From the NCBI GenBank assembly GCA_040954595.2, contig CM082591.2:310001-374000 (forward strand): a stretch of 64,000 bases of DNA, written 5' to 3'. Of this stretch, positions 49,801 to 63,736 are shown in pieces. This DNA comes from Balanoglossus misakiensis (Eukaryota; Animalia; Hemichordata). The notes under the pieces are model-generated. The model ran no database searches. It saw nothing but the letters and a program-made list of their open reading frames with translations, and was not told where the DNA came from. A program made the position numbers and the translations under genes. How positions within the stretch are numbered: position 1 is the first letter of the stretch; each line of letters opens with the position of its first letter.

Positions 49801-52800
49801 CTATCTTTGCAATTAATGAATGATGTAAAAATAATGTTTTTTTTGTCAGTGAGAGATTCTGGTGATATATACTGCATACAAGGTACAAAAAGGGGGACAA
49901 CAGTACACAAGTTATAATCCTTAACATTGTTGTAAAGACATGGAAACTTCACTGTCATGAGTTAATTTCAAAACAGAGTGGGGAGGACAGAAAATCGGGA
50001 GGCTGGGATACAAATACATTGCTTAAGTGTTCCCTCTAACATATTTTCACTCTATTACTGTCCCATTGCAACGAATTCTTGTGTATCCAGGTTCATCTTT
50101 ATCATAATTATGCAAGTTCTTGTTTAGAAACAAACTGATGTGTATTCAGGCAACATCTCAACAAATCTTAACCCTTTCACCCCCAGTTCCTTCTTTAGAG
50201 GTCCAACCTTACCATAGAAAGCAATGGGTTTGGACTGAACCATGGTGGTAAAAGGGTTAAACTGAATATAAATGCTGTGAAAATCTGTTTCTAGAGGGAA
50301 CAATGATCTATTTTACCACTGACAATATTTGGGCAAATACTTGGACTGGGTTGCCACCGGATACGACATGCAAGGGAGAGTCAACACCACTTGATCACGA
50401 TCGACAACCATTTAAGAGTGGAGAGACCATCCTCACCTAAAGCAGCAATCAGATTGTCTTCGTTTAAGCTATGGGTGTCGTATTTAGAACCACCATAGGG
50501 ATGTATGTAATGAAAACTACCACCGAAATCCCCAGACATATACAAACCCTCAGGACTGCCAAACATACTTTCATCATCTGGTGTCAATGCCCCTTTCTTC
50601 TGAGCCATGCTTTTGTCGATTTCTTTGCCGTAGTAATGAGTGTGTACGATCTCTAACACTGTGAAAGCACTAGCCATTCCTCCAGAACCACTTGTCTCAT
50701 ACGTGTGTTCCAGGCCAGCTATAAGAGCTTTTATGACAGACAGAAGCCCTTTGTATACTTGCTTGCTTATTTTCTGAAAACAAGCAAACACAGCAAATTA
50801 ACACTGATAGATCTATAAAGATTGGTTCTTTAAATCACAAGATTTCTACATGTACATGTATATTGAAGTAAAATGCTATGAATATACAGGATAAAATAAT
50901 CTTTTACAATCTATTACACACAGCAATGAAAATTTTTCAGAAACACGACACAGAAAACACTGTGGTTTGACCAAACGATAGTTATAAGATGCTTCAACTC
51001 ACCACATCCTCGATATAATCCTCGGTCACAGTACTGTCCTGAGGGTACAACTGACTCACAACCTGAGCTCGTAGGTTTTCATTCTGCATAAGTTTCTTCA
51101 ACCGTGGCAGACTAAGCCATCCGACTCCATTGCCTTCCATCACATTCCGGATCACTTCCTTCAAGAATTGTTGGTTCTCTCTGTGGGAAAATGAAGGGGG
51201 CCAGTCTCTGAATGTGTTTGGCTACATGAGAGGGGTTAGGGCTAGTAGTGTCTCGAAACCCGCTTATTGCTGTTCACAGCTATATTTTAATTTGCAATCA
51301 TTATTGATGCTAAAGATATCACAGTATCCGTGTACTTACTGGCTTGCCAGGACTTCTGGTGGTGATGTTGGACTAGGTTTCTCTTTCTCAGGAGTCTTCT
51401 TGCCTGTCACACTGTGTTTGATCAGAGTTGATCTCTCAACCAAACTGCTCTTCCTGGATCCTGTGAAGCCATACAAAACCACATGTATATTCATACAACT
51501 ATTTAAAGCCAAAATTCTCAGAGTCTAACATTCTTCACTTAGCCTTAGTGTCATAAGTCAACAAGAACACTGAAGTAGTCGTTGATCATCAATGTGTTCT
51601 GGTAGATCACAAACACTTTTTTGATTATTTAAATATTTTAGACTCATTTTATAAAACTGATCTGAATGCCGGCTAGACCAAACACTGAAACAGACTTTTC
51701 TGGAGTTAACTTGCAGAACTCTGGGACTTTCTCATACTTTCCAAGAAAACAGACAGACAGAAACCCTATCAACCTGTAAATCTTACTGTTGTACAAACTC
51801 ACCTGAAGGGAATGGACTGAGATGTTTCTTTTTCCTTCCGATAGGCAGACTCATACTGGACACACCACTGCTACTTCGATAATTGCCTGGGTCTGATTTG
51901 ATACTCGGAGGGTAACCATTAAAGTCGCTACTTGCAATCGAGGTCGGTGATCCCAATGGATCTCTCTCAACACTTCGACTATCAGAAAATCCCTTCAACA
52001 GTGGTGGTTTCTTCTTTGGTGTGGTAGAGGGCGATGAATCTGTCGACTCGGAGCGTAGCATTGAACTTATTTTCTTCAAGACGTTTGATGATTGCTTGAC
52101 TTCTTCTTCATCTGATTGTCTCGATCTGGGAGAGGCTCTGGACAAACCGTTTGCAGAAACACTGCGTTTGTGTCGAATGGCATTTGTTAACCCAGGATCT
52201 GATTTGACAGAGTTGTTATCATGATCGACAGACTGTTTGGCGATTGGAGGCGTCCCCAAATACTCCACTGTGTTTGCTGTTGTTCCACTTTGGTTGCTGT
52301 CAGAGTCGTATTTCAGACTTTCTACATCAGCGTCAGTGTCTGCACCAGATAACATAACCTCTGGAGGGTGCTACAAAAAAATATCAATTTTCAGGCAATC
52401 ATGGTTTGTGTCAATACTAAAAACCAAAGCAACCCACATCTCTTTAAATAGCGCACACTATGATAATTGGCATACCGGTATTCTACTCGCTTGGGGCATA
52501 CCATCATTAGAAAGATGGGTGAAATACTGAAACTTGCAGGGTGAAGCTTTTCTTGTGGTGTAGACTTGACAGCGTTTCCATGCTGGTATAATTGCTTATA
52601 TTCAAAGGGGTTCAGTCACCATGGTTGAATTGTGTATGCTGATCAAAACATCCTATAAATTCTAGTGACTGAGCCCCTTTAATGATACAGTTTAATTTTT
52701 TATAACACATCCCTTCACCTTCTTTTCACCGGGTATGCAGGGAGAGCTACATGTAGAATACACTAGTGCTAATTTTAATTCTGAATGATGATCATATGCT

Positions 52801-55800
52801 ATACTGTACCCTGAGGCGTTTCAGATAACCAGTGAAATAGAGGCGAAACTGTTGAGGTGGAAATAATTGCAGATAAAAAGAGACAAACATGAATCGAATG
52901 ATAAATAAATAACTGTACCAGCAGAAATAAGAAGAGTGAGGCCTCTCTCGCTCAAATGGCTCATTAAAGGGACAAGCCTTTCACTCACTGAAACATGCTG
53001 AGTCATCTGTGATAAAAGATGCAGCATTTCATCTAATTTCAAGGATTTGCATGATTTGACAAGTCACATCTTTTCTGTGACACATTATTTTCATGAAGGA
53101 ATATTATCTTTACCTCTGGTGAGACTGGAGTGTCCACTTTCAATGTCCCTCTCTGATACAACGGAAGTGCTGCACTGTCTCCTGGTCCGTATTCCGAGTC
53201 CAAATCATGGCCGAGTGACGGATAACTGGAAGCGGAAGACTCGCTATCCGGTATTGAGAATGTGGAGTCGCTGTTACTCATTGCACTTGTTGGGATTTGT
53301 AAGTCGTGGGGAGGGGCGTATACAGAATGGTGCTCCAAATCAACAGGTGGGATGCTTTCAAATTCGCCTGTCAATAACACAATCAATCAATTAAAGTAAT
53401 TGTGTAGCATGAGGCAGCATTTGCTGGAGTGAAAGAGATGTTAGCCACACAAAAAACAACTGTAAGACAGAATGCAACTTAAGTTAGCAAGGAGATTGAG
53501 CCAGACAATACTGTGCAGGCAAAGTCATTTCTCTTTTGTGTAACATAAAAGGTTTTTCACTGTCGATTTGCAAATGATCTCATCCATCATTACCTGTTAC
53601 ATCACCTGTGATGTCACTATTCATGATGTCGGTCACAAAGTCACTCAAAGAAGAGTACGATGAACTCGTACTTCCTGCGTCATCTTCATCTTCTGTGTTA
53701 CTTCCACTTTCGTCTGTTGGATTCTCGTCATCTGACGTTCCTTCTATGGATGCAGCTAGCGTCGCCGCCAATGTCAGCTTGTCATCGTAGACTTTGAATT
53801 CCACTGGGCTGAGCTGAGCGCTGTACCACTTGGATTTGTCTCCGATGAGTTGTGGGTCGTAAACGCCAGTGTGGACTCGTAGGAATGCGACATTTGTTGG
53901 ATTCAGAGACCATTCTGCAAAGTATTCTACAGCCTAAAAGAGATTTGAAATAAACAAAGAAGCTCTTTAGCCAGGGCAGCTGACTTTCCATGTAAATGAA
54001 AAAATGGACATTAACAGAATATTAGATGTGCAACATCGTATGTCAGGGAATTTGCTATCTTTCTCAGAGATAAATCAGTTAATGCAAAAGTCACCATTTT
54101 CATGTTCAAAGATGAACAAATTGAAGAAAATTGGCTCCTAATCTTTTTGCTTATCAGACTGCATCACACATAGGTAGTGACCTGTGAAGTGTATTAATGA
54201 AGTAATAAAGGTTTTCCTACCTGTGTCTTTGAGAGTCTGTCTATGAACTGTGTCCTATGGCCTCTGGATTGCAAGAACTGATTCATCTGAAACGCCACCA
54301 CTGGCCTCGGATGCAGCCTCAATGTCCTTGTATGCTCCACAAAATTGGCCATGATGTTGGGTGAATTGAAGAACTTCACCATGGCAACTCTGGTTGCTAT
54401 GTCAACAGAGTCAACATCATTGCCATAGATGAAAGGGTTGAACCCCACCTCGGATGTGAAACTCTCACGTCTGGTCCAAGCAGGTTTTGCATCGCCATCT
54501 GCCTTGTCCAGATTGTTAATGGCTTGTGGGCTCATGCTCATACTGGCTAATGCCTGGAATTAAAATTATCAAACAGAATATTAGTGGAAACCTGAAGCTA
54601 TTTTTTTTTCTGTTGTATCAACTGCAACACTTCTGCTCTATTCCCTACATCATATCCAAAGTAACTTACAGAAACAGACTGTGGATATACTAGGGCTCAT
54701 CCAATTCTAGTAATTTATTTTGTGGAAACCAAATAGGTTTAAATTTGAAGAGAAAAAATGTCAAATGTTTGCTATAATATCCATCAATACATTAAATTCA
54801 AGATGGCATTAATACTTTCTATTTTCTATTTCAAAAAAGCTAATTGTCATCTTCTTTCACAAGACGAACAAATAATGTTTGACACAAAGAATTTGAATCA
54901 ATAGTAATATAACAAACCATGAATAAAATATCAATGTCTGTTGTAGCTTGTACGAATATTATTATCACAGACAAGCTGGTAAATATATTTTTTGTAAACC
55001 ATACACACAGATTACAATATTTTTGAATGTGAATACAATCAAAGGATTTTCTTATCATAAAACTCATCACTATAGTACATTTAGAAAATGATATTCCACA
55101 CTCAAAGGGAAAAGATTTTATTTTCTTCCTCTTCAAAATTGATGACGAGACCCGACTCTGCAAAGAAGCAGTTTCAATTCCACAGGGTGATGATAGATTT
55201 CTTTACTGATTCCGCCCACACACATGTATCAGATTACTAATGTGTGGGTAGTTCTTATTTTACAATAAATAAATGCTCTTTCAAAGCTCTGTAAACTTTC
55301 CGAGATGAAAAATTTGGCCAACTTTCCCTTGGCAAGTTAATAAATAATATGTATTAAAATACGGCAAGCTTCAAAACCTACCGAGGCATGGTACAAAATG
55401 AATATTTCTCTGCTTGCTTTACCTGTTTGAGATGGTTCTTAAGAACAGTGCCTTCCGGTTCTGGAAGTGTGGGCAACTCATCAGCACTGAGTGGCACTGT
55501 TATCTAGAAAGTAATCAAGAAATATGAAACTTTAAAAGGAAACTCTGATAAATAAAATATTTCACAAAGCATAATAAAGGCCACTGCTGGTGATACATAG
55601 CCCTTGATAATATCCTGAAATGGGATTCAAAATAAATACAGGAGAAATACAATGACCATCTTTTCACTACAAAAACATCTTCATCCTTTTTACAAAGCAC
55701 GTAATTTAACAACGAAGAAAAAGTTCCAATATGATAACTTACCTTGTTTGAATCCAGATCTATAAGCCAGACATCATCAGGCATTTTAAATGTGGATTTG

Positions 55801-58800
55801 TATGGAAAAAAGCTGGCAGGCACACCAATTATATATGGGGTTGGTGCAAGGAGTAACTGCAACGGAAGATTGAAGTTAATCACATCTGTTTCTTTATGTG
55901 GACAACAAATCACACTGTGTGAACGTTTTAAGAAAATCTGTGAGGTATCTCATGTACTCACCTGTTCAGCTGAACTCATGCAAGTCGGCAGTAGAGGAAT
56001 AACAGGAAACATATACTCTAAGGGATAGATCATGGAAACAAATGCCATAACACTCATGGATAAAGCATTGTAATCTCTTGATTGAAGTACAATCTGAAAG
56101 AGATAAAAACACAGGTGTCATTCATAAGGTGTGGGGGAAAATTAACCAGGCCATGAAAATGCTTGTTCATAGTAAATAAGAAGTGCCACCTGTATCAGAA
56201 ATTTACATCCCAGGCCCTGGGAGACACAAGACCATCAAAGAGATTGATGAGAAATGCTGTTTCTGTGCAGATCACTAAAGCTACGTGTATGCACAAGCAT
56301 ACAAGTTGAGATCATGAATTTACATGTACCCAACATGCAAGAAACACATAGCTGACATCTGCAGAATTTATTTTTATTTTATTAGTCAGTTTCTAGAAAG
56401 TATTCTGCACATCTCTCTCATGATTTTCTGTCCTCGCTGATTCCAAGGACGTTCACGTACAGGTAAGGTTAGAGCTAAAAGGGAATGTCTAGACGTAGAC
56501 AACATCTTGTAATGCACTCAGCAAGCTGTCCACTTCTGACGATAATTACACTGTGTCTGTTGCAGGAAAACAACTCTCTTTCTGCAATTTCACGATTTTA
56601 CGAGTATGGCCAGCTGCTCTGCTAACAAAATAAAAGAACTAACACAAGTGTGATCCTATTTCAAACACTGCAAAATAATGATGTACCACATTTATCCAGG
56701 AAACGTTATCCATGCCTCGGAGATGACTTAGTTACAGCTTACCACAGCACCTACGCTAGGCTTATTACGAGAGTTTTCTTTGGATAAATAACAGGAAATT
56801 CATGCCCATTTTTAACGCTAAAATTGCGGAGAAAATTCTGGTGAAAATCTTCTTAGACAGGAAATAATTTCCATAGAGTGACTATTTTCATACATATTTA
56901 TCGTACATGGTCCTTTTTTCTATTCACATGAAAGAACAGATTATTCATGATTATTCACATCAAAAACTGTCACTAATATTGTAATAACATCAGTTCTGAA
57001 CGTTTGACAGTGGTGAAATAAAGCATAATGTATAAAGCTGGCATATAGCACACTAATCACAGGATTATTTCGGGTTAATTTCACAGACTTTCACTTTATT
57101 TTGTGTCAAACCAGCACCATTAATGGCCAAACCCTCCTTAAATTGGTTTTTATCAACTAATTATTTCCAAATAAATTCCAAATAACAGACCAGATTTACA
57201 TCTCATTTTTCACAAATGACCCAAACCTATATGTCTTTACCAATGTGCACACCTTTTCACAGCTGGCACCGATCTGATCTAAATTTGGTAACATTTCAAA
57301 AGTCTTATCGATGCCGTCATTTCCATATGTTTGCATCAATGATGTTAATGGTGTCATTTTATGAAACTTTCATCTGTGCCATTCAAATAAAACGATCTTA
57401 AAATTAGTAAAGCAAATACTGAATAAGTACATGTATGGGGCCCTGCAGAGGTCTAAAAGTAGGCAACGGTCTCCAGATGCCCAGGTGTGTGATCAAACAA
57501 CGATCATTACATACAGTGCAAACTGAATCAGGTATACTACAGTGTCTGCTTTTATGAAACCCTGGCAAAATTGCAAATTAATGGGTCTTTCTCGCAACCC
57601 TAGTGAAATCAAGAAGCTTACACCATCCATTTTATTTCAGAGGGTAAATTTCACCACATTTGATGGAGCCCTGAGCTTAGGATAATCTCCCGTCTTGTCT
57701 GCCGGTAATCATACCGGTGTACCAGATACAATTAATTTTCAGCTTTGTGATGTCAACCATGGCAATCGTGGCACCCTGCTCAGAAATCCAACGAACAATC
57801 AAGGTTTAGAGTTAAATTCTGTGAAATCCATTAATCTCAATGAGACTCTGAGAAAATCTGTCATTATATAATTAAAACTGAAAGTACAAACTATAAACAT
57901 TCATTTAATTCTGCAAACAACATCTAACTGTTGAGACAATTTTCAAGGCGCCAAGTAAAACATTTATCAGTTTTACAGAGAAGATGTAATTATACAGACA
58001 GGCAAGGCACAGGCCCTACTACACACAGCATGCAGTCGCGTCAAAATATAATTCTTCCAGCTCTTGCCAGCAGAACACAGACTGGAGGACTCACTTATAT
58101 CTAGGTACATGTACCTGATGATGATTAATAGGCCAGGTAGTGCCATTGCTAATGAGTTAATCTTTCATTGGGAATTAATACTGAATAAATATCACATGAT
58201 GATGTGTACTGTCCAGGGTCACTATCTAGGAAGAATTAATTAGACTTCTGCTCTGCCACGTTGTCAGTTTGTGCTGTCATCATGCATGCAAGATTGGCTC
58301 AAAAAGTAGGTGTGTTTGTTCATCAAGGTAATCCATGATTAATACATGTACTGGTATGTGATGTGGAAATATGTGTCATTTTTAAGAAATGGCCAATAAC
58401 ACATTGGTTGCACTGCAGATATCCAATGAAACTCCACAAAAATCTACATTTTTAAAACTTGACCAATTACTCGGGATATAATGCCGGCTAAATGACAACT
58501 TACCTTGCTTTATACATATGTGTAATGTACTGTAATCTGTTTGCGAAATTGGCCAATCAAAAATTGGTCATCTTCTTAAAAAGATACATTTTCAACCAAT
58601 CACAAAGGACAAAAGGACTGCTTGACCAATCACAACTCACCTTGTGCTCTTGAAGAATACATGTCAAAACCTGCAGACAGGTTTCAACACCGAGTAATTC
58701 CAACGGTAGATGCAGAGGGAAATCAGCCAGGCTGAAACGTGTGTGATCTGGCAGTGCTAGGGTTAACGGAGAATGCATATGAGTTGGCAGGATCTCCAGC

Positions 58801-58935
58801 TCGATTCTTGTCTTTCCCGGAACAGGAACTGGGGAACTGAGAAGGCGGAGTAGCCATGTCTCAATCTCTCGGACATCATGTCGTACAATTCCTGGGTTTT
58901 CACTTACACCAGTCAGCACACCCCATACAGAATCT
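40873..58935 (-). CDS. MADD: MAP kinase-activating death domain protein / Rab3 GEF (DENN domain), partial; 5' exons lie beyond the right edge
   Basis: Motifs: [19 protein letters not shown]...[100 protein letters not shown], death-domain [36 protein letters not shown], and [18 protein letters not shown]. Stop TAA at 40873. Confidence 0.95.
41666..41755. mobile_element. piggyBac-type MITE, diverged copy
   Basis: ATAA|CCCTTTCACCCCCA...AAAACAGTGGGTTTGGTTCAAA...AAAGG|TTAA. Confidence 0.7.
48333..49015. mobile_element. Probable non-autonomous DNA element with a 184-nt terminal hairpin (48360-48543)
   Basis: An abrupt CpG-rich block in an AT-rich MADD intron, containing a long inverted repeat centred on 48452. 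The distal end reads CAGCCAATCACG...GTGTAATAAT. Boundaries are approximate. Confidence 0.6.
49111..49320. repeat. Tandem repeat, ~96-bp unit, ~2.2 copies
   Basis: ATGGCAGTCATGTGGG starts at 49111, 49208 and 49303; the first two units are nearly identical. Confidence 0.9.
50168..50260. mobile_element. piggyBac-type MITE (85 bp) with intact TTAA target-site duplication
   Basis: TTAA|CCCTTTCACC...GGTAAAAGGG|TTAA; element spans 50172-50256. Confidence 0.87.
52602..52682. mobile_element. Short TIR element (73 bp), Kolobok-like MITE
   Basis: TCAA|AGGGGTTCAGTCAC...GTGACTGAGCCCCT|TTAA. The TIR is 14 bp with 1 mismatch, termini begin with purines, and the target is TTAA-like. Confidence 0.6.
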
Positions 58936-60631
58936 CTGCAATTAAATCATAACACATGGAGCTGTTGAAATAACATACCTATCATTATCAATATCATGAT
59001 TATTGTACACTTTGTTAGCATTTTTCAAATTATCTGATTTAGCACTGTTGAATCCACTCTTGTGATCAGCAAACATTCCAAACATTTGTGAAACCCACCA
59101 TCGCTGGTGTCCATGGTAACTATCATGAACAGACTGCCTTGGAAGACTGTGCATTTAGATAACAAACATGGAGATTATTTGAAACCATGGAATTTCCATA
59201 TCAAATGTAAACAGAATACACACATTTTTAATACAACACATGTACCGGTATAAACAGATAATACGTTTCTGTCACTCAGTGCCATATGGACATCAAAACA
59301 GATTCATTTATTTGAATAAATTACTGAGCATTGCAAATGGTAAGATTAATTCTTCAATACATGGTATATACACAGAACATGTCCACAATATGGTGCCTTT
59401 AAATGGTACCTATGAACTTTGCTACTCTGGATATGGATAGGTGTTTACGGTCCACTAGTCTCCACACAATCTAAGGACACACCTAATCTTAAAAGCTTTC
59501 CACAAAGTTGTACATTGTGTCTCCTAGTAAACTGAAACAAACACTTAAAACTGTTTTTAGCTATAATAGGTCTCGACATGTGGATCTCAGATTACACCTC
59601 CCAACACTGACGATCGAAACTTTCTGTTGATTTTATTTAAAAAGGTATGTAAGACAAGAATCAATGTAAAAAGGGTAAACTAAAAGTTAAAGCTAGAGGC
59701 TTTCAACTATTGAATGAAGTACATGTATTTTGAAAAGAAACCTCTTCTCTTGACTGTCAATCTACACACTCACTGAACATGAAAAGATCACAACAGACAC
59801 TAGTTACCAGTCTATTCTTAGATGGAATGTTTACGCACTGTGGCCCACAAAGGCACAACAATGACCCCTCCACAAACAGGGACACGCAAAGGTGAGTGAC
59901 CGATAATTAAGCCTTTGGCCAAGTTTCAACAAAAACATGCAGGCGACTTGAAGTGACCCTATACTTTACACTACATGTAGATCAAATTTCTTAGTTTTTC
60001 TTTCCCCTCTGAATTTTTTCTCTTCATCAGGACAAGGTAGTTTCCTGTTGCAGTTCTAGATTTGTTGGATCCATTCTGTATGACAGTGACAAGATATCTA
60101 CCTGCAATAGTTTCTGTACATGTAAACTGAAAAAAAGGGAATTCGAAATGGAATCTACACTCCTACCATGGCCCAAAATGTAAATATTCTTCCTATGTAC
60201 TACGCATCTGCTGTGGTTCAGTGAACGTCTACCTGTCTGTCAAAGCAAAGCATGTCAGAGGTTGACATCAGTTGCTACACATCTGACCAACAAACTGTGT
60301 GATTAATCAACTGTGAAGCAGATAGTGAGGCCAAAGGTATTCACTGAATGAGAACATCACACAATGTGGATTATGAGTTGGCCATAAATCATACCTATTA
60401 TGATTCACATGAAAGATACTCTCGTGGGAATAATGAAATCTACAACATAAACTCCCTCACCTCTTTCATCAAAGCTTCATTTCACTTAATCTTTAATTTA
60501 GTAATATTGATGACAACTGATATTAAAATATTTTGCATGATTGTAATATATTTGATAATAACATGCATCTATGTCATAAACATGCTATTTCGAAACTCAT
60601 CTTATGTTCAAGGCCACAGAAATATAGAATA

Positions 60632-61788
60632 AAATTAAAGCTGCAAGCAGCATTGTCCGGGCCCAAGCTCTATTATCTGATCTGATGCTAATATAGTGTT
60701 AAGTAGGTCAAAGGTCACCCGAGGTCACCCAACATTTGGGCAAAATATTTTGACCCCATACTGGTCCATGTATAACAAAAACAAAACCTCTAGGTCTATT
60801 GGTTCATCATTAATTAGGTATGCGCATATTTAATGAGGTCACCAGAGGTCAAAGGGGTCATGAAAAGTAGCAAAATGTTTTGATCACATACAAATCCACA
60901 TACATCAAAAACCAAAGTTATAGCCCTATTGGTTAGCCTGGAATTAGATATGCAGAAAAATGATTCGTCAAAAGTAGGTCAAAGGTCATTGCAAAATTAC
61001 AAAAATATTTATAGCTTATTCTTGTCATATGATGATTCATATCCATAAAAAGAATTTCTGTGCTATCAATTTTTAGGCTAGAAAAGGAATTTTTACTTTT
61101 TAATCGTTTTTCACAAAATCCAATATGGCCGCCATAATCTTCAACCAATCACATTCCCCTTCGCAAACTTGATAGACATCCGTTTAATGACCACACACAC
61201 CAAATCTTGTGACTCGGTTATCGCCCGTTCTGGAGGAGAAGATTTTTGAAGTTTTACTATGGTTTTTCGAAAATTCAATATGGCCGCCATAATCTTTGAC
61301 CAATCACAATGATCTTCGCAAACTTGATAGACATCAGTTAGGTGACCACATAACCCAAACGGCGTGACTCGGTTATCGCCGGTTCTGGAGAAGAAGATTT
61401 TTGAAATTTTGACCAGATTTCAGAAAAACAACTGTAGCAAAAAAACTGCAACATTGACAGCAAAATATCCAATTACAAAAATGATGGGCAGAGGGTATAC
61501 TACCAGCACGCCAAATCTGAAGTCGATCTGACTAGTAGTTTCTGAGATCTGAGATTTGCATTTTTTCAGAAAATCCAATATGGCCGCCATGTCACGTGAC
61601 TAATTAAGTATTCACAAGTCACTGCACATCTACTCATTGACCTTGACCACTGTAGCAAGTTTGAGAACTGTACCTGCAGCGGTGTCTGAGATCTAGAGCG
61701 CGAAAGAAATGAACCAAGAATAAAGAAAGAAAGAAAAACCCCAACGAAACCAATACGGGCCCAAGCCTGGCTTGGCTTGGGCCCATAA
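60632..61788 (-). mobile_element. Helentron-associated non-autonomous element (HINE / DINE-1 / pearl-like)
   Basis: Read on the minus strand: 5' TT, subTIR GGGCCCAAGC (61784-61775) with a nearby inverted copy (61757-61766), a (TCTT)n microsatellite (61716-61738), ~155-bp central tandem repeats (AAAAT(C/T)CAATATGGCCGCC at ~61115, 61270 and 61570), a 3' subTIR (60659-60668), a terminal stem-loop GCTGC-TT-GCAGC (60640-60651), then a T-run. Confidence 0.8.
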
Positions 61789-63646
61789 CTACAACAATGT
61801 ATGTGGGCAGGTATTGTTTGTAAAAATAGAATTCATCACTGTATGTACACATTCAAGATAAAAGGATCAGTGCCCTGGGATGCCAGGGTATGCTGAACAA
61901 TTTTCTGTTGGAACTGTGCCTGTTAAAATATTAATTCAGATATTTCTGCAGCAAATAGACTCATAACTCATATAACACAATGGTCCAATTACAATATAGA
62001 TTCATTCTGTGTGTTACGGAGCGTGAATGTGGTTTGAGTAAAATAAACTTCATTGGTTGGAAATAGGCTCTGTGAGGTTTGAGATAAATGAAATTAGTGT
62101 CCAATGTGTCTTGAGCACGACTTTGTGGTGGGTGTCCTAATCTAAACACTCTACCGGTGTCCAATTCTCACTATGGTATGTGTTCCTTAAATACGATTTC
62201 GTTATCTTGACGAGTAATAAAAATCTCATGTGCTTGACAGAATTTCAAGAGAGCTGATTACTGCGATGTATAAATTGTGTTATTTAAACCAAAAGCTTCA
62301 ATACAAAATCAAATGTAAAATTTCTATCCAATCATGCAGAATATCCACTAATTAGCTGTATGTTTTTACGTCAATCAATACAATGCAATTAATTGTATTT
62401 TATTTCCATCTAAAATGCAGACACACAATGATGGCTGATGAAGTGCAGTTGCTCAGAGGCCTGGCCACTGAGGTACGTCGATATTCTGCCTTCTGGAAAA
62501 ATATACAAGACTCTTGAAATGCTCAACTACATAAATAATGTATAGCACCATATCTATGAACTAAGAAACCAGTTTTATAGTATCTCCCTGAGATGATACA
62601 GTTAAATTTTATCCATGACATAATCATGTATTTATTTTCATGTGAATTCCACTGTGACTACCAGCTGCTTCTTTAGATTTCTATATTTAGAAATGTTTTA
62701 CAAAAACTACCAGTCAGTTTTTATTGATATTTAATTTTTGTCAATATTATTGACAGTTACTTCTGGGAAGACAACATTCAGCAAAGTGTAGTACTCATAG
62801 TACTTGGTATCAAAAATATGCAGACAACAAAACAGCATTGATCATACACTGTCAGAATCCACATAAATGTGCAGGCTGAAATTTACGCCGAAATCAATAT
62901 TTTGTCAGTTTCAATAAGTCCTGCATAAATTATAATACTCAATAAAATCTACACAGGTCGGTAAAATTCATTTCAGAACTTTGTATGATTTATGAACTCA
63001 TAAAAAAGGAGACTGCATTAGTCTTCTCTTTGGGTCCTTGAGTTTCCAGGGCAGAACTGCATGAATAGTGTCTGGACGATGAAAACTGCTCCGAAGGCTA
63101 AATTATACACACACCCAGGAGACACTTAGTCACAATCAAGGCTTACAAACAGCTCCCTTATCTTCTTCAAGACTCTTGTTTGCCAGAGCCAGACAGGAAA
63201 TGTTGCACTTAATATAAATCGTGATCAGGGATAACTTAACACCATCACTATGGAAACGGTGATATTTGGGAGCATTTATGCCTATCTGAAGTGGTTCATT
63301 CTTAAGTGCTGGGGTGATAACATTTTGTATCGTAATCCATGGCAACTGAGTTCGCTAAAAAGGGGAGGGTCAGGTTGGGTGTTATGCACATGGAGACTTT
63401 CGGGTCAGTCTTTTATGACTATATAAAGTAGAGCGTAGTTTACATCTTGTCTGGTAATTCTTCTAGTCCTGTTAATCACACCATGTGGACTTGTGAATAT
63501 AAAACTGAAACATGATGAAAGAATCCTTGCCACAGAAAATAACTGGTGCGATGCTAAACCATTGTTAGAAATCTAAATTTCATTAAATATCTGAAAACGT
63601 AGGAGACTGACGGAACAATGAATGCATAGAGAATGTACATTGTCAA

Positions 63647-63736
63647 CTCTTTCACCCCCAGTTCCTTCTTTATAGAGGTCCAACCATACCCTAGAAAACA
63701 ATGAGCTTGGACTGAACCATGGTGGTGAAAGGGTTA
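63647..63736. mobile_element. piggyBac-type MITE copy
   Basis: CTCTTTCACCCCCAGTTCC...CCATGGTGGTGAAAGGG|TTA, similar to 50172-50256. Confidence 0.8.

Noticed and set aside
56520-57000. Possible decayed TIR element in a MADD intron
   Set aside because: The terminal similarity is too weak to support a call.
21581-58935. TRADD-N-like, LRAT array, archaemetzincin and MADD as a co-functional immune or death cluster
   Set aside because: Adjacency in an animal genome is weak evidence, and there are no synteny or co-expression data here.
62420-62495. Possible extra MADD exon after a good acceptor (TTTTTCCAG)
   Set aside because: In the phase required by the downstream exon it reaches a stop after 12 codons, and it has no clear donor.
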